DNA of 45,674 nucleotides from Octopus sinensis. Its lineage: Eukaryota. Under the pieces are notes generated by a model. That model saw only the letters and a list, made by a program, of their open reading frames with translations. It did no database searches and had not been told where the DNA came from. The translations under genes and the position numbers were made by a program. How positions within the stretch are numbered: the first letter of the stretch is position 1; each line of letters opens with the position of its first letter. Shown here piece by piece: positions 11,150-23,663 of the stretch. The DNA is taken from assembly GCF_006345805.1 (NCBI RefSeq), contig NW_021832683.1, positions 1-45,674 on the forward strand. Reading direction: 5' to 3'.

Positions 11150-11567
11150 TGATCCATCTCTGTGACTTCCACATTCAAAAGTCTGACATTTTTGATATGC
11201 AATTCTACTTCGTTTTAACTGAATAGGTCCCACAAAATCCTCGCGAGTTACCTGTTTTTCTCCTTGAATACAGAAATTATTACTTCAGGTTCTTCATCAT
11301 CAAGGGGTTCTTCAGCCAGCATTTTAAGAAATTCTCATCTAGATTGGAAGGTTGTCCTCTGTTTGAATTGTAGGTGTTCTTCAGTATATAACAAAAAGGA
11401 TTGTATGCTACTGTGCCAATCAGGTTGAAAAGTACTGCCACTACCCAAATTTTGTGTGGCCCTTTTCACCGAATAGTATCTTATCAGCTCATCAAATGTG
11501 TCATAGAAGTTCTCGAACGCCAAGGGAAACCCGAGAAGGTTTCTTGATATGAATGTATTATTTTGAT
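11150..11567 (-). pseudogene. Decayed coding-like segment, possibly a MADF/Myb-SANT-type transposon ORF or a host exon
   Basis: ttttatag acceptor before 11567; reads DQNNTF...DELIRYYSVKRATQNLGSGSTFQPDW...RTTFQSR*EFLKMLAEEPLDDEEPE; CAG/gtaact donor at 11252/11251. Confidence 0.3.
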
Positions 11568-12056
11568 CTATAAAATAAAACACAATATTGACAGAACTAC
11601 GGCGGTTCAGTCTCTGTTTACAAAGAACTGGGTTTTTTTTTAATCGGAGGCTTAAAAGCCTAAACTGAAAATGAAAAAAAAACTTTTACCTATAAACTTA
11701 GAATAAGAAATTCAAGATGTATTACTAATTTACAGCACCATTGATTTAAATTGAAAAACTTTTTATATAAACAAAATAGCAAAGGACCGCTTCTATCACT
11801 TCCATGATTTGAAGATTAAAAACCAAAGCGAATAAAAGATATATTCCTGATTTATTATAATTATATCCACTTCCAGAAAATATTGTCTGCAACCAAAAAG
11901 CATGGCAACTTCCGATAATTGTTGATTGTGGAGATTACACTGCGTAACACGGTTTTTGTCCTTGGGTAGCATCTGTTTATTTTCTATTTGCTTACCTCCA
12001 GAAAGTATGAAAAATGGCTAATATTTCCTTCAAACTTTGCTTTTGTTACATTTATT

Positions 12057-12212
12057 CAAACTCTAAAGAGTCCCTCTCAACACATGGCTATGATGCTCCC
12101 CCACTACTCTTGCTCATCATCAGAGGCGCACATATTGTTAGACACAAACAAGTGGTTAAACGTCAAGCAAATGAGAAGCAGATCTGTGGTATTGAGCAGA
12201 ATATTTGCTATG
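12057..12212 (-). mobile_element. Old diverged copy of the repeat at 42310-42870
   Basis: ctcaacacatggctatgatgctcccc... matches the reverse complement of 42410-42570. Confidence 0.8.
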
Positions 12213-12900
12213 ACGATATTTCTGCTTCAGCAACTCAGTACTTGTTATGTCGCACGTTCGGATGCCTCTACTACTCAACTCGACTCTCTACTCGACACTA
12301 CTCTATTCCTCTGTCGACGTCTAGGCTTCTCCCTCTATATCTACGTATTGGGCTAGCCTACTTCATCGTCTGGGGGCGTCAGCACAACAGTACTTAATCA
12401 GTCTGAAATATAATGGAAAATAGGCCAGTTTCAAAACATTGATGTCCAGGTTACAAAAGCAAAACTTCAAGGGAAGAATAGTAATTTCCTTTGATAGGAA
12501 GTAACACTTACTGCCCAACGGCGAAGAAAGCAAAACAAAGAAAAATGATAATTTTATTACATTGTTATCTCTCTGTCTCGTTTGGAGTTTGTCCCGATTA
12601 CCACCAAGCGATTGCTCTTTCTTCCTAAGCGAAGATACTATCAATAAATCAAGATTTTTATCTTGTATGTCATTTGATATATTTTTATTTGTCATCAGTC
12701 TATCACTCTATCTCACTATCTATCAATCCTATCAATTTATCAATACACATAAACATACATACACACACATGCCTATATGTACATATATATGTATGTATAT
12801 GTGTACATATATATATATACACATATGTATGTATATGTGTATGTGTATATATAATATACATATATGTATGTATGTATGTATGTATGTATATATATATATT

Positions 12901-12946
<46 letters not shown>

Positions 12947-13373
12947 TACATACAGATATATATAACCATACATACATGCACACATACATTCATACGTATA
13001 TGCGTGTACTCGCTCATACATACAATATCTTCAAGGATGCATGTTTGTGTAAAGGTTAATGAAAGAACAAGCACCATTTTTCAAAAACCCACATGCACAC
13101 ACACGCACACAAATACGCACACACATGCATACATACACACACTCACATATAAGTATGATTATATACATATATATGCATATGCATATATTACATATATACA
13201 TACTTAAAACATACATATACATATATATATGTATGTATATATATATGTATGTATATATATAATATATATGTATGTATATATCTATATATATATATATATA
13301 ATATATATAGAGAGAGAGAGAGAGAGAGATAGATAGATAGATAGATAGATAGATATAGATAGATAGATAGATT

Positions 13374-13460
<87 letters not shown>

Positions 13461-13465
13461 GCAAA

Positions 13466-14648
13466 ATGACAGAAGTAAATATACACACCATAAACCATCG
13501 TTTTATGCTTATTTTAACTTTAAAAGTTTTATATTTTTTATTAATTGACATTTTTATATTTCAGACTCTTTATGTGACTGTTTAATCATGCTACATACGA
13601 AAGAAGCCTTAGAATTGTCCGAATTTCAAAGAGGCCGTATTGTGGGTCAATCTGAAGGTGGACTAAATCAACGTAAAATTGCAGAAAACATTGGGATCCC
13701 ACTTTCTACAGTTAATAGAGTGATTTGTGCAATTCACCAGACTGGAAGGAGTCCACATTACCTTGTCTAGCTCGACCAGGGCCCTCTGACAAGACCCTTC
13801 GCTTTGTTAAGAGAAGTGTGGAGGTTAATCCTTGTTGCAAGGTCTCTGACATAGCAAAACATGTTGAAATCAGTTCCAAAACAGGTGTCAAATATCTTCA
13901 CAAACTTGGCTACAATTGCAGAGCAGCAAGAAGGAAGCCACTTCTTCAGTTACACACAGATATGAACTGCTTGGGATCAGTGAGATGGTGGAGAAGTCAC
14001 TATTATTTTGGGACACTGTCATATTCTCTGATGAGTCCACTGTATTTCCTGACAGTGGTCGAGTGTGGGTCTGGAAACTCTGTGATTAAGAAATTAATGT
14101 GAAAAGGTTGCAGCCAACAAAGAAACATGGTGGCTAGTCTGTGATAGTTGGGAGAGGGGTAATTTGAAGAATTGGTCGATCTGTGGAGTGTGAGGGAAAG
14201 ATAAACTCAAATAAATATGTGTCCACATTGCAGAAATGACTCCTCCCAATCTTCTCCAATGGTGAAATGATTAAAGAAGATTCTCTGTTTATGGAAGATG
14301 GAGCTCGTTGTCATACAGCTAAAAGATTGGTTGGAATAGAATAGCATTAGAAAGTTTCCATGGCCAAGCCAGTCACCAGATATGAACCCTGTTGAACACC
14401 TCTGGGGCATAATGGACAGGACACTTCATAAAAAGAACAAGAAAGTACCTTCAAAGGCAGATCTTTTGAGATTACTGGATGAAACTTGGCAAGAAATTCG
14501 CTAATAGGGTCTTCGCACTGAAAAATGCGAAGGGCATGCCAACTAAATGTTAGATATTCACATTGTAATAATTAATTTGAAAATATAATTTCAGACTTGC
14601 ATAAATTTTAATGATTATAAGGGTGTCTATTTACTTCTGTCATGTCTG
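13466..14648 (+). mobile_element. Tc1-like transposon, defective
   Basis: TIRs atgacagaagtaaatatacac (13466) and gtgtctatttacttctgtcat(gtctg)+TA (to 14650); frameshifted transposase: paired-like N-terminus [45 protein letters not shown]. Confidence 0.9.
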
Positions 14649-15164
14649 TACATATACACGCGCGCGCGGGCATAAACTGTTTGATTAAGCTCCTCCATGA
14701 CAACTTAAATTTTTGCGGGCTCGTAAAATGAACCAAGCACTTGAGACCTATGTGTGGGTGTATGTGCGTGAGTGCGTGCGCGCTTTACAGATCTCGTCAC
14801 CAGAGCAGGTGGCTGATGAAAATAAACCCGAAATCTCCAACCGGGAAGGCAAATATACATACATATATTCATATATACGTATACAGGTACACATAAATAC
14901 ATAAATATATACATAGAAACACACACACACACACACACACACAGAAACTTTTTGTGTGTATATAAATATATATGCAAATATAATTATGTTTGTGTACGTG
15001 TGACTGTGTGCGCATATATGCGTGTGCGTATACATATATTTATACGCACATATATAGACATATATATAATAATCTACATATATATATGTGTGCATGTGTG
15101 TGTGTGTGTTTGTGTGTGTACATACATATATGTATACCTATATGTTTATATATTATATATATAC

Positions 15165-15213
<49 letters not shown>

Positions 15214-16189
15214 GGTTTATAAATAGAAATATTCAAATACATGTATGTTTATCTATCTATATGTATATGTTTGTGTGAGCCCTTGTTTCCGAAAGGATGT
15301 ATGTGGCGGGTGAAATGCGTATGACGTGTATAAGTGTGTTTATATCTGCGTGAATTATAAAACCAATCTTTTCTGTTGAAATATGATTTATTTACTTTAA
15401 TATTTTTTTTCTTTATTTTCTCGGGCGTATTCTTTCTCCTGTCTCTGAAATCGAGAAACAATACTATAATCAAAATCTCCCCCGTTGTCACCTTCAAAAG
15501 AAATTATGTGCAAACGACACTCAACTCAGACGATAGTTTTAAACAGACGATAGTTTTAAACAAATAGAACGAATGAGGCGCGAACGAAATATTACGACGA
15601 TTTCACTGAAAAATATGTCGACAGGCGAATTTTTTTTATTATCAGTAAATGATATGGCTATATGTCACTGAAGCGTGGAGAGAGGACGTAGTAAAAAAAG
15701 AAGCAAAAACGATATTATGTTGAAGAAATACAATAAGAAAGTGTAGTTAATATATGAGTCGTAGCAGACACGGGTTAGTTGTATGACAGAAAGCGTAGAT
15801 GCGGATACAATAATCTGCGGTGTTCGGTTACGTCACTTTATCTTCTAGGTTCAAAATCTACTCGAATCGATAGAAAATTTCATCCATCCGGGGTAGATAA
15901 TATAAATCGCTATTAAGAATTGGGGTAGTGGATCAAGTTCATTGAATTAACCCTTTAGCATTCAGATTACTTTATCGGATGTAGTGCATATTTTATTCAC
16001 ATTTTTATGCGATTTCGAAGATGCGATTGCTTATTTTAAAAACATTTTAGGATAGGGTATGAGAAGCCAGGTTTAGTCAGTTTGAACATAAAGCAGAATA
16101 TTTGAGCCAGATTTGGCTGGTTTAAATGTTGAAGGTTAAATCATAACCGCAAAATCTCTGCCTGAAATATTGGTTTCAAATTTTGATAC

Positions 16190-16450
16190 AAGGCTAGCAA
16201 TTTTGGTGGAGGAGTAAGTCGATTACATTGACTCCAGTGTTCAAATGGTACTTATTTAATCGACCCCGAAAGGATGAAAAGTAAAGTTATCTCGGCGGCA
16301 TTTGAACTCAGAATGTAAAGACGGATAATATGCCACCAAGCATTTTTCTCGGCGCTGTAACGATTCTGCCAACTCGCCTGATTAAAGAGATGCTGCAAAA
16401 CATTTTCCCCAACGCCCTAACGATTTTACTAGCTCACCGCCTTTTCTGCC
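16190..16450 (-). mobile_element. tRNA-derived SINE, second family (cctttcatcctttcggggtcgat core)
   Basis: gtacttatttaatcgaccccgaaaggatgaaa...tttgaactcagaa. Confidence 0.75.
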
Positions 16451-16479
16451 CCTGAAATATAGAAGTCTTTGCCGACGTA

Positions 16480-16820
16480 TGTGAAGGTGCATGGCTCAGT
16501 GATTAAAATGACGGGCTCACAATCATGAGGTAATGAGTTCGATTCACGGACTGGGTTGTGTTTGTGTTTATGAGCAAAACACTTTATTACACGTTGCTTC
16601 AGTTCACTAAACTGTAGAATTGAATGGCTACATCACTGGTGCCAAGCTGTATCGGCCGTTTCCTTTCCCTTTGATAACATCGGTGACGTGGAGAGAGGAG
16701 GCTGGTATGCATGGGCGACTGCTAGTCTTCCATAAATAACCTTGCCTACAGTTGTGCCATGGAGGGTAACTTTCTGGGTGCAATCCTATGATAATTCATG
16801 ACCGAAAGAGGGCTTTTAAA
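16480..16820 (+). mobile_element. tRNA-derived SINE, third family
   Basis: Head gcatggctcagtg...gagttcgattc; body shared with 42070-42210 and 44255-44400. Confidence 0.75.
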
Positions 16821-17887
16821 AATGCCGGCGTATAATACGACCTTATCTTCTGAATCCAGGTATAAACAGTGATCCTTAAATCTTGCAATGTACCGTATGT
16901 CAGCATGGGTACGGGTTGGTTGGTTGGTTGGTTGGTTGGTTGGTTGGTGGTTGGTGGTACTTTTAACCCCTAACTTGGTCACAATCATCACGACTACAAC
17001 GCCTAGTAATCCTTTATGTCCGGACAAAATAGAACTACAAGTTGAAGCGGTAGAGCGCCGTACGAAAATCCTTATGATATTTCTTTACGTTCATGCTCTG
17101 AGTTCAAATTTTACCTGGGTAACTATGCTTTCTCTTTCACACAGAACGTAATGGGTTGATATGATCAATTACACATCTCGTAATTTTGCCTTTCATCCTT
17201 TACAATTTGAACACTCATTCCCTTCTCTGACTTTGCTAACCTTGTGCCAAAATTTAAAATCAATATTTATGGGAGAAAAGGTTGGTGGATGAAGTGGCAG
17301 AGTCATGAGAACATTAGATAAAATGGCTTGCTTATTTTAGTTTTTAGAAAGGGAGAGAGAAATACTTTATTTTAAGCTCCCCCCACTCACAAAAGAATAA
17401 ATGACAAAGCTGACCTTGCCAAGATTCGAACTCTCAGTCTAGTGTGTCAGCACAAATAACTATGCTATAACGACACTACCAATCCGTCGCCTCGGTTAAT
17501 ATACTAATCGCTCTCTCAATTCCAGTACAAGTGCAACTGTTAGTCCCTTGAAATGAATTGGTATGAGAGTGGTACCAGTAGAGCAGTTATTAACGTAGTG
17601 GGATTATATTTCTATTGAAATACAAATTGCTTCTCAACCAAACTGGTCCCAGGTTCAAGCTCCAGGAAGGTATATTGGTCTCAGAAATTTCAAATCAAGT
17701 GGATTTGATGTCATTCTTTCTCTTCAGACCGAACTGTTATCTTTATTCATTTAATTGTTATTGTATTTTATGGTTCTTATATAGTAATATAGTGTACCAT
17801 TTATAATTAAGCTTTTACGTCTTTGTAATATCGTTTACACGATATTTCTGTGCGTATGTGTGTATGTGTGTATGGGTGTACATGCAT

Positions 17888-17952
<65 letters not shown>

Positions 17953-18034
17953 AGAAATGGAAAACAAAATAATAAATTGAACAATTATACGTTCAATTCA
18001 ATTGAAATATTTTAAACAAACAAATGACACATCT

Positions 18035-18132
18035 CATAAATTACAGCTGTTTCCGATTAATTAATAAAACGGAGTTTTTCAAGAATAATCAAATCCGTTT
18101 AAAATATGTAATGAAGCTTCATCAGATAGACA
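18035..18132 (-). other. Degenerate hammerhead-like motif
   Basis: Minus strand CTGATGA...GAAA cagct GTA with perfect palindromic helix III acagctgt; stems I and II eroded. Confidence 0.45.
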
Positions 18133-18180
18133 TATCTGTTTAAACATTTAACGTCAAATATTTAAGCAGATATTTGTAAC

Positions 18181-18358
18181 CTATGGGGTTACACAAAAGA
18201 GGTGTACAAGACAAAACCTCGTACATTGGAGAACTTGGAGACACGAATCCAGGAAGTTCTCAATGGCATCCCACACGACGTCTTTCAACAGGTTGTTCAT
18301 TCCATCCTTGGCCGTTTGAGGAAACTGGTTGACGCCACCGGTACTTACGTTGAAATAT
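18181..18358 (+). mobile_element. IS630-Tc1-mariner transposase C-terminal remnant
   Basis: LWGY, then after a frameshift VYKTKPRTLENLETRIQEVLNGIPHDVFQQVVHSILGRLRKLVDATGTYVEI*. Confidence 0.7.
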
Positions 18359-18511
18359 GAAGATTTACTTTCATTTTCCCTTGTAATAATCAACATGTAA
18401 CATTTGGAGTAAAGATTGTTTGACAACATAACATAGCAGTCCTGGTTTAGGACGAATGTTGCTGTAATTTAGCCCCAGGAGATATCGTCTCCAGCTGACT
18501 ATACGACATAA

Positions 18512-18581
<70 letters not shown>

Positions 18582-18654
18582 TGATTCTAGTTTCAGCTCA
18601 CGAGCTGTGGCCATGCTGGGGCACCGCCATTTGGTGTTGCTACATGGTTTTACT

Positions 18655-18995
18655 TCACGAATACTTTTTAGCAACTGCCATTTGGTGCATGAGAGAGTTC
18701 GATGCAGCTGCCCTCATCTGCACCTCCTGCCGTGAAGTTGGTTCATCTGGGATACCTGACAAGAAGAGATCCAGTTTCATTTTAAAGACATCTGCATCCA
18801 CCCCATGCAGGTCTCTTAGGTTCTTCGGGAGGATATTGAAGAGCTGTGGGCCTCGGAAGCCCAGGCTACCACAGTATCTTGTCCTACATCTTGATGGCAA
18901 ATTTGGAGTCCTAGGCACCACGCAGTGGCGCCCAGTTCTGGCATTTGTGTAACTCTCGATGCCAAAGTATGGGACAAGTCCTTCCAGGATCAAAG
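18655..18995 (-). mobile_element. CR1/L2-group LINE ORF2 C-terminal fragment
   Basis: [10 protein letters not shown]...SLGFRGPQLFNILPKNLRDLHGVDADVFKMKLDLFLSGIPDEP; typical FN.LP...R...FK..LD.FL tail. Confidence 0.8.
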
Positions 18996-19055
18996 CACTT
19001 TGATATATACATAATATACATATATATATACTATATATATACATATACATATATA

Positions 19056-19087
<32 letters not shown>

Positions 19088-19109
19088 ATACATATATATA
19101 TATATATAT

Positions 19110-19173
<64 letters not shown>

Positions 19174-19191
19174 TACATATATATATCATAT

Positions 19192-19257
<66 letters not shown>

Positions 19258-19280
19258 CATATAGATATATATATACATAT

Positions 19281-19366
<86 letters not shown>

Positions 19367-19389
19367 TAATTTATATATAGAGGGCATAT

Positions 19390-19897
19390 TATACATACAT
19401 GCCTCACGCTAAGAGGGACATCAGTCATTTCTACCAAAAAATTTTACTAATCATACCCAATGCAATTTTTCAAAGCAAGACATTTAAAAAAATTTATTTA
19501 GTCTTGTATCACCTGTGATTTCGTACTTACCGCAGAATTGCGACCGTACTCATCAGCAAGACTGATTCTGAATATATCATAAATAAACGACCTGTACCGT
19601 CGAAGTCGAACAGCCATCTGCTCTCTCCCAGCGAAGCACATGGAGAAGTTTACATATTATACATCCGGTAAATGGCGGGCTTCTTCGAATTGCATTTCGG
19701 ATAGGAAAAGTTTTTTCGGAATAAATTTAAATTTAACAATTAAGGATAACTTCTTAATAAGGAATCTTAACAAGAAATTATCAGGTAGATAGCGTGAAAA
19801 TCCTCTCTTATGAAATTTTTCTCTTATGAGGTTTTTCACGCTATCTACCTGATAATTTCTTGTTAAGATTCCTTATTAAGAAGTTATCCTTAATTGT
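19390..19897 (-). mobile_element. Hammerhead family H3 with 5' perfect fold-back
   Basis: Hammerhead 19500-19563; 65 bp perfect inverted repeat 19736-19800 / 19833-19897; (AT)n on both sides. Confidence 0.75.
19500..19563 (-). ncRNA. Type I hammerhead ribozyme motif (H3)
   Basis: Minus strand agtcttg CTGATGA gtac...gtac GAAA tcacaggtg ATA caagact; 7 bp perfect stem I. Confidence 0.9.
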
Positions 19898-19927
19898 ATA
19901 TATATATATACATATATATATAATTTT

Positions 19928-20860
19928 TTATGCTCTGCAATGACTTAGTTCCGAAACGTGCGTCCGTAGGTAACTTAATATAGAATGATTTTAGTCATTT
20001 CTTCCTCTTTTACCTGCGTCGTTTGTTTTTTAAGTGCTTTGGTTTTACTGGGATCTCCCTTTTAAGTAGAAAGAATAGCCAAAACTTTTTGACTGCTATT
20101 TCTAAATTCGGTGTGTAATGAGGCAAATCGTTGCTGAACCCTTAATTACTTAGTATTACTTAAACCTTCCTTGAATGGGTCTTTTACATGCCGAACTCTA
20201 CTTGGTGAAATTAATGATTATTTCTAAATTAATTAATTTCACCCTTTATCATTATTGATAATTGTATTTCCTCCCAGTAAAAAACTGTAGCATCTTATTT
20301 TGGCAACACGCTGGTGGACAGGGGAGGGTGATTTACTTTCAGTCACCCTTTGAATTCGGCGGTACTGGCAGGAATTACGTTCGCTCTGATACCATGAGTT
20401 GAAGTGATGTCTTCTAGTGCCTTCAAATTCAATACACAATTATTAATAATTGAGACGCAATTATTTATAATTGAAGAATCCTACGCTGAGGAGGAAATTA
20501 GTCAGGTAAGACATAATTATTTATTTATTATGCTCTGCAATGACTTAATTCCGAAACGTGCGTCCGTAGGTAACTTAATATAGAATGATTTTAGTCATTT
20601 CTTCCTCTTTTACCTGCGTCGTTTGTTTGTTAAGTGCTTTGGTTTTACTGGGATCTCCCTTTTAAGTAGAAAGAATAGCCAAAACTTTTTGACTGCTATT
20701 TCTAAATTCGGTGTGTGGTGAGGCAAATCGTTGCTGAACCCTTAATTACTTAGTATTACTTAAACCTTCCTTGAATGGGTCTTTTACATGCCGAACTCTA
20801 CTTGGTGAAATTAATGATTATTTCTAAATTAATTAATTTCACCCTTTATTATTATCGATA
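19928..20860 (+). mobile_element. Hammerhead family H4: ~335 bp direct repeats with 600 bp period
   Basis: 19928-20260 and 20528-20860 differ at only a few positions; ribozyme overlaps the repeat start. Confidence 0.9.
20480..20570 (+). ncRNA. Type I hammerhead ribozyme motif (H4)
   Basis: cctacg CTGAGGA ggaaattagtca...tgacttaattcc GAAA cgtgc GTC cgtagg; 6 bp perfect stem I; cleavage after 20564. Confidence 0.9.
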
Positions 20861-21501
20861 TTATATATATATATACACAGACAGCGACACAGAGACCCAG
20901 ACAGGCAGAGAGGGGTTCGGCTAGAATATATTTATTCACCATACTTCAGAAGCTTTTCATCAGCAAGCAACATTCGTCCTAAACCAGGACTGGCATGTTA
21001 TGTTGGCAAACAATCTTTACTCCAAAGTGTTGTTGCTGAATGTATTTCGTTGTGAGATTTAAAAATAGTAATTTTCTAACGTAAGATTTGTTTCAATGAA
21101 TTTGTAAAAGGAATATGGATTTTATTACCAATGTTTAATGCCTACTTACTTTTCACTTACCCTGTGTATGGATATATATAGACACAGAAACTCAGACAGG
21201 CAGGGAGGGGATCGACTAGAAGATATCCACTCGCCATTCTTCATAAACGTTTCATCAGCAAGCATAAAGAGTGCACCGGCTCAAACCATCATGGTAGCTT
21301 AAAAATAAATAAATGAAAATAGAAATAAGAATAGGATAAAAAAGGATGAAAATTAGCTTCATGATGACATCGTTACCACCTACATAATGTCACTAGAGGC
21401 AGGGTGCATCAAAGAAGCCAAGCCTGTGGGCAGTTTTTCTGCCGCATCTGTATGTTGGACTAAATCAACGTAATGTGTGTGGTCTGTGTGTGTGTGTTAT
21501 G

Positions 21502-21570
<69 letters not shown>

Positions 21571-21807
21571 ATAATGAGGCTAGAAATTGATATAATCAAT
21601 TAAAACCAGTGGTTTAGCATATTTAAAAAATCCGAAGATTAAAAATTATATTACATCCAAAATTAAGAGGAATGACCACCAAAGTGGACTCCTAATAAAG
21701 TAAATAAACTAAAATCGCCTTACCACGAAAAGAAAAATTTCACCAAAACGCCAGAATATAAAAAATGAGCAAGATAAATAAAAATATACGAAATAAAAAA
21801 CGATTAC

Positions 21808-21873
21808 CTACGTACCAATGGTTTCGCTTGTTAATATTTACGAACGTAAATATCTGCAGGCTCATCAGCGTAA
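21808..21873 (-). ncRNA. Type I hammerhead ribozyme motif (H5, minus copy)
   Basis: Minus strand ttacg CTGATGA gc...gc GAAA ccattg GTA cgtag. Confidence 0.85.
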
Positions 21874-22323
21874 TCTGTCGCTTACAAAATACAATTTCCA
21901 GATCTAGACACAGAACGCTCAACCGAAAGAGAGCATCTATAATGTTCTGCAAATTATATTTGGAGGTTTTTTTCGAATGTCTTCATTTTGGCGCGCTGAG
22001 GCCTGAAATAAGACTGCAGTTAATTAATTTCTGCAGCTAATTTACAGGTTAGAGAACATTGATATATAAAAATTAAATAATGACGGTAGAAATTGATATT
22101 AATCAATTAAAACCGGTGGCTTAGCATATTAAAAAAATTCGAAGATTAAAAATTATATTACATACAAAATTAATTAACTGCATAGTTATTTCTGTACTCA
22201 GCGCGCCAAAATAAAGACATTTGAAAAATACCCCCAAATATAATTTGCAGAACTTTATAGATGCTCTCTTTCGGGTGAGCGTTCTGTGTCTAATTCTGTA
22301 AATTGTGTTTTGCAAGCGACAGA

Positions 22324-22389
22324 CTACGCTGATGAGCCTGCAAATATTTACATTCGTAAATATTAACAAGCGAAACCAGTGGTACGTAG
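22324..22389 (+). ncRNA. Type I hammerhead ribozyme motif (H5, plus copy)
   Basis: ctacg CTGATGA gcctgcaaatatttac-attc-gtaaatattaacaagc GAAA ccagtg GTA cgtag. Confidence 0.85.
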
Positions 22390-22551
22390 GTAATCATTTT
22401 TTATTTCGTATATTTTCATTTGTCTTGCTCATTTTTACATTCTAGCGTTTTGCTGAATTTTTTCTTGAGAACGCACTTTTAGGGGTAAGACGATTTGACG
22501 TCTATATTTAGCATATTAGGAGTTCACTTTGATGATCATTCCCCTTAATTT

Positions 22552-22600
<49 letters not shown>

Positions 22601-22617
22601 TATATATATATTATAAC

Positions 22618-23411
22618 TGACGTACCCATTAATTTTCGGGAAAGCGGGCTTATCCCTTGGTTCCGTTCTCATAATTGTTTCGCTAATCCAATAACAATGC
22701 AAAGAATGTAGCCCTTAATAAGGTTTTTGTGCATTTACAGAGAACTGTTTTACACAGGATATTGTTTTTAGGAATTCCCAATAAGTTATGAACACCCGAA
22801 TTGTGAAGTCAGTTATGTAATAATATGAATTTAGTTACCCGATAATAACAATTCAAATAAAGTAGCCCCGAAAAGGGCTTGAATGTGTTCCCCAGAGTAT
22901 ATAGAACATAGGAGGAAATACTAATAAAGTATGTATACTAAAATCGTGAAGTATGTTACGTAATAACAGGCTAATAAGATATGAGATAACAATTCAAAGT
23001 AAATTACACTGAGAAGGAGATTTGTGTGTTCCCAGAGAATATTACCCTCAGGGGCGCAAGTGCTGGTATATTCACGAATAAGTCGCTAACCGAAATAAGC
23101 GGATCTATTGTTTAGGAAAATACTATTTACTTGTTTAAGAGTTGTACTGGATAAATTGCGAAAATAACTCTAACAGTTCAAATACTAAGAAATAAGCATA
23201 CTCAATTACATTTTTACCAAATAATTTAAGAAAATGAATGGGTTATTTCTCTTGGCTATATATAAGGATCCCTTCCAGGGGCCCCATTATCGATTTTTTT
23301 TTCCAACAATCTGAGTTTGCCACGAGGTTTCCAAACATGAGTTCTACTCACGTGTCAAGGAGGAATTAGCTAACAACTCCACAAACACACCTAAAGACAG
23401 AATTTCCCACA
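22618..23411 (+). mobile_element. Possible solo LTR
   Basis: Begins tg, ends ca, TATA-like ctatatataagg near 23256, two ~50 bp internal direct repeats (22846-22897, 22986-23037); no TSD seen. Confidence 0.25.
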
Positions 23412-23584
23412 TATGTAGTATGTATGTATGACTATATATATGTATGACTGTATGTATGCATGTGTGTATGTATACGTATGTATATATCTATGCATACGCT
23501 TATAGATAGAGACATACAGGCAGACAGGCAAAGAAACAGACAAGGTGGTCGACAGACAGACAAACAATCAGACAGACAGATAGG

Positions 23585-23663
<79 letters not shown>

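Larger units (their letters stand above)
21561..22553. mobile_element. Hammerhead family H5: ~506 bp unit, partial tandem copy, then inverted copy
   Basis: 21561-21666 repeats at 22067-22172; 22168-22553 is a diverged reverse complement of 21659-22030. Confidence 0.9.

Noticed and set aside
11335-11337. Selenocysteine readthrough at the in-frame TGA
   Set aside because: No SECIS or selenoprotein motif recognised; decay or a true stop is more parsimonious
11988-12397. Two overlapping 122-127 aa ORFs with ordinary-looking composition
   Set aside because: The central part is a diverged copy of the repeat at 42310-42870; no recognisable domain
14025-14035. CTGATGA core match
   Set aside because: Codons for the FSDES motif of the Tc1 transposase
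14808-14845. CTGATGA...GAAA pair
   Set aside because: Stem II and helix III do not pair; at best a heavily decayed motif
17410-17490. tRNA-like sequence on the minus strand
   Set aside because: Only a B-box-like gttcgaatc is clear; no cloverleaf could be built
17660-17740. Minus-strand CTGAAGA gaaa...tttct GAGA motif
   Set aside because: GAAA is mutated and stems I and III are unconvincing
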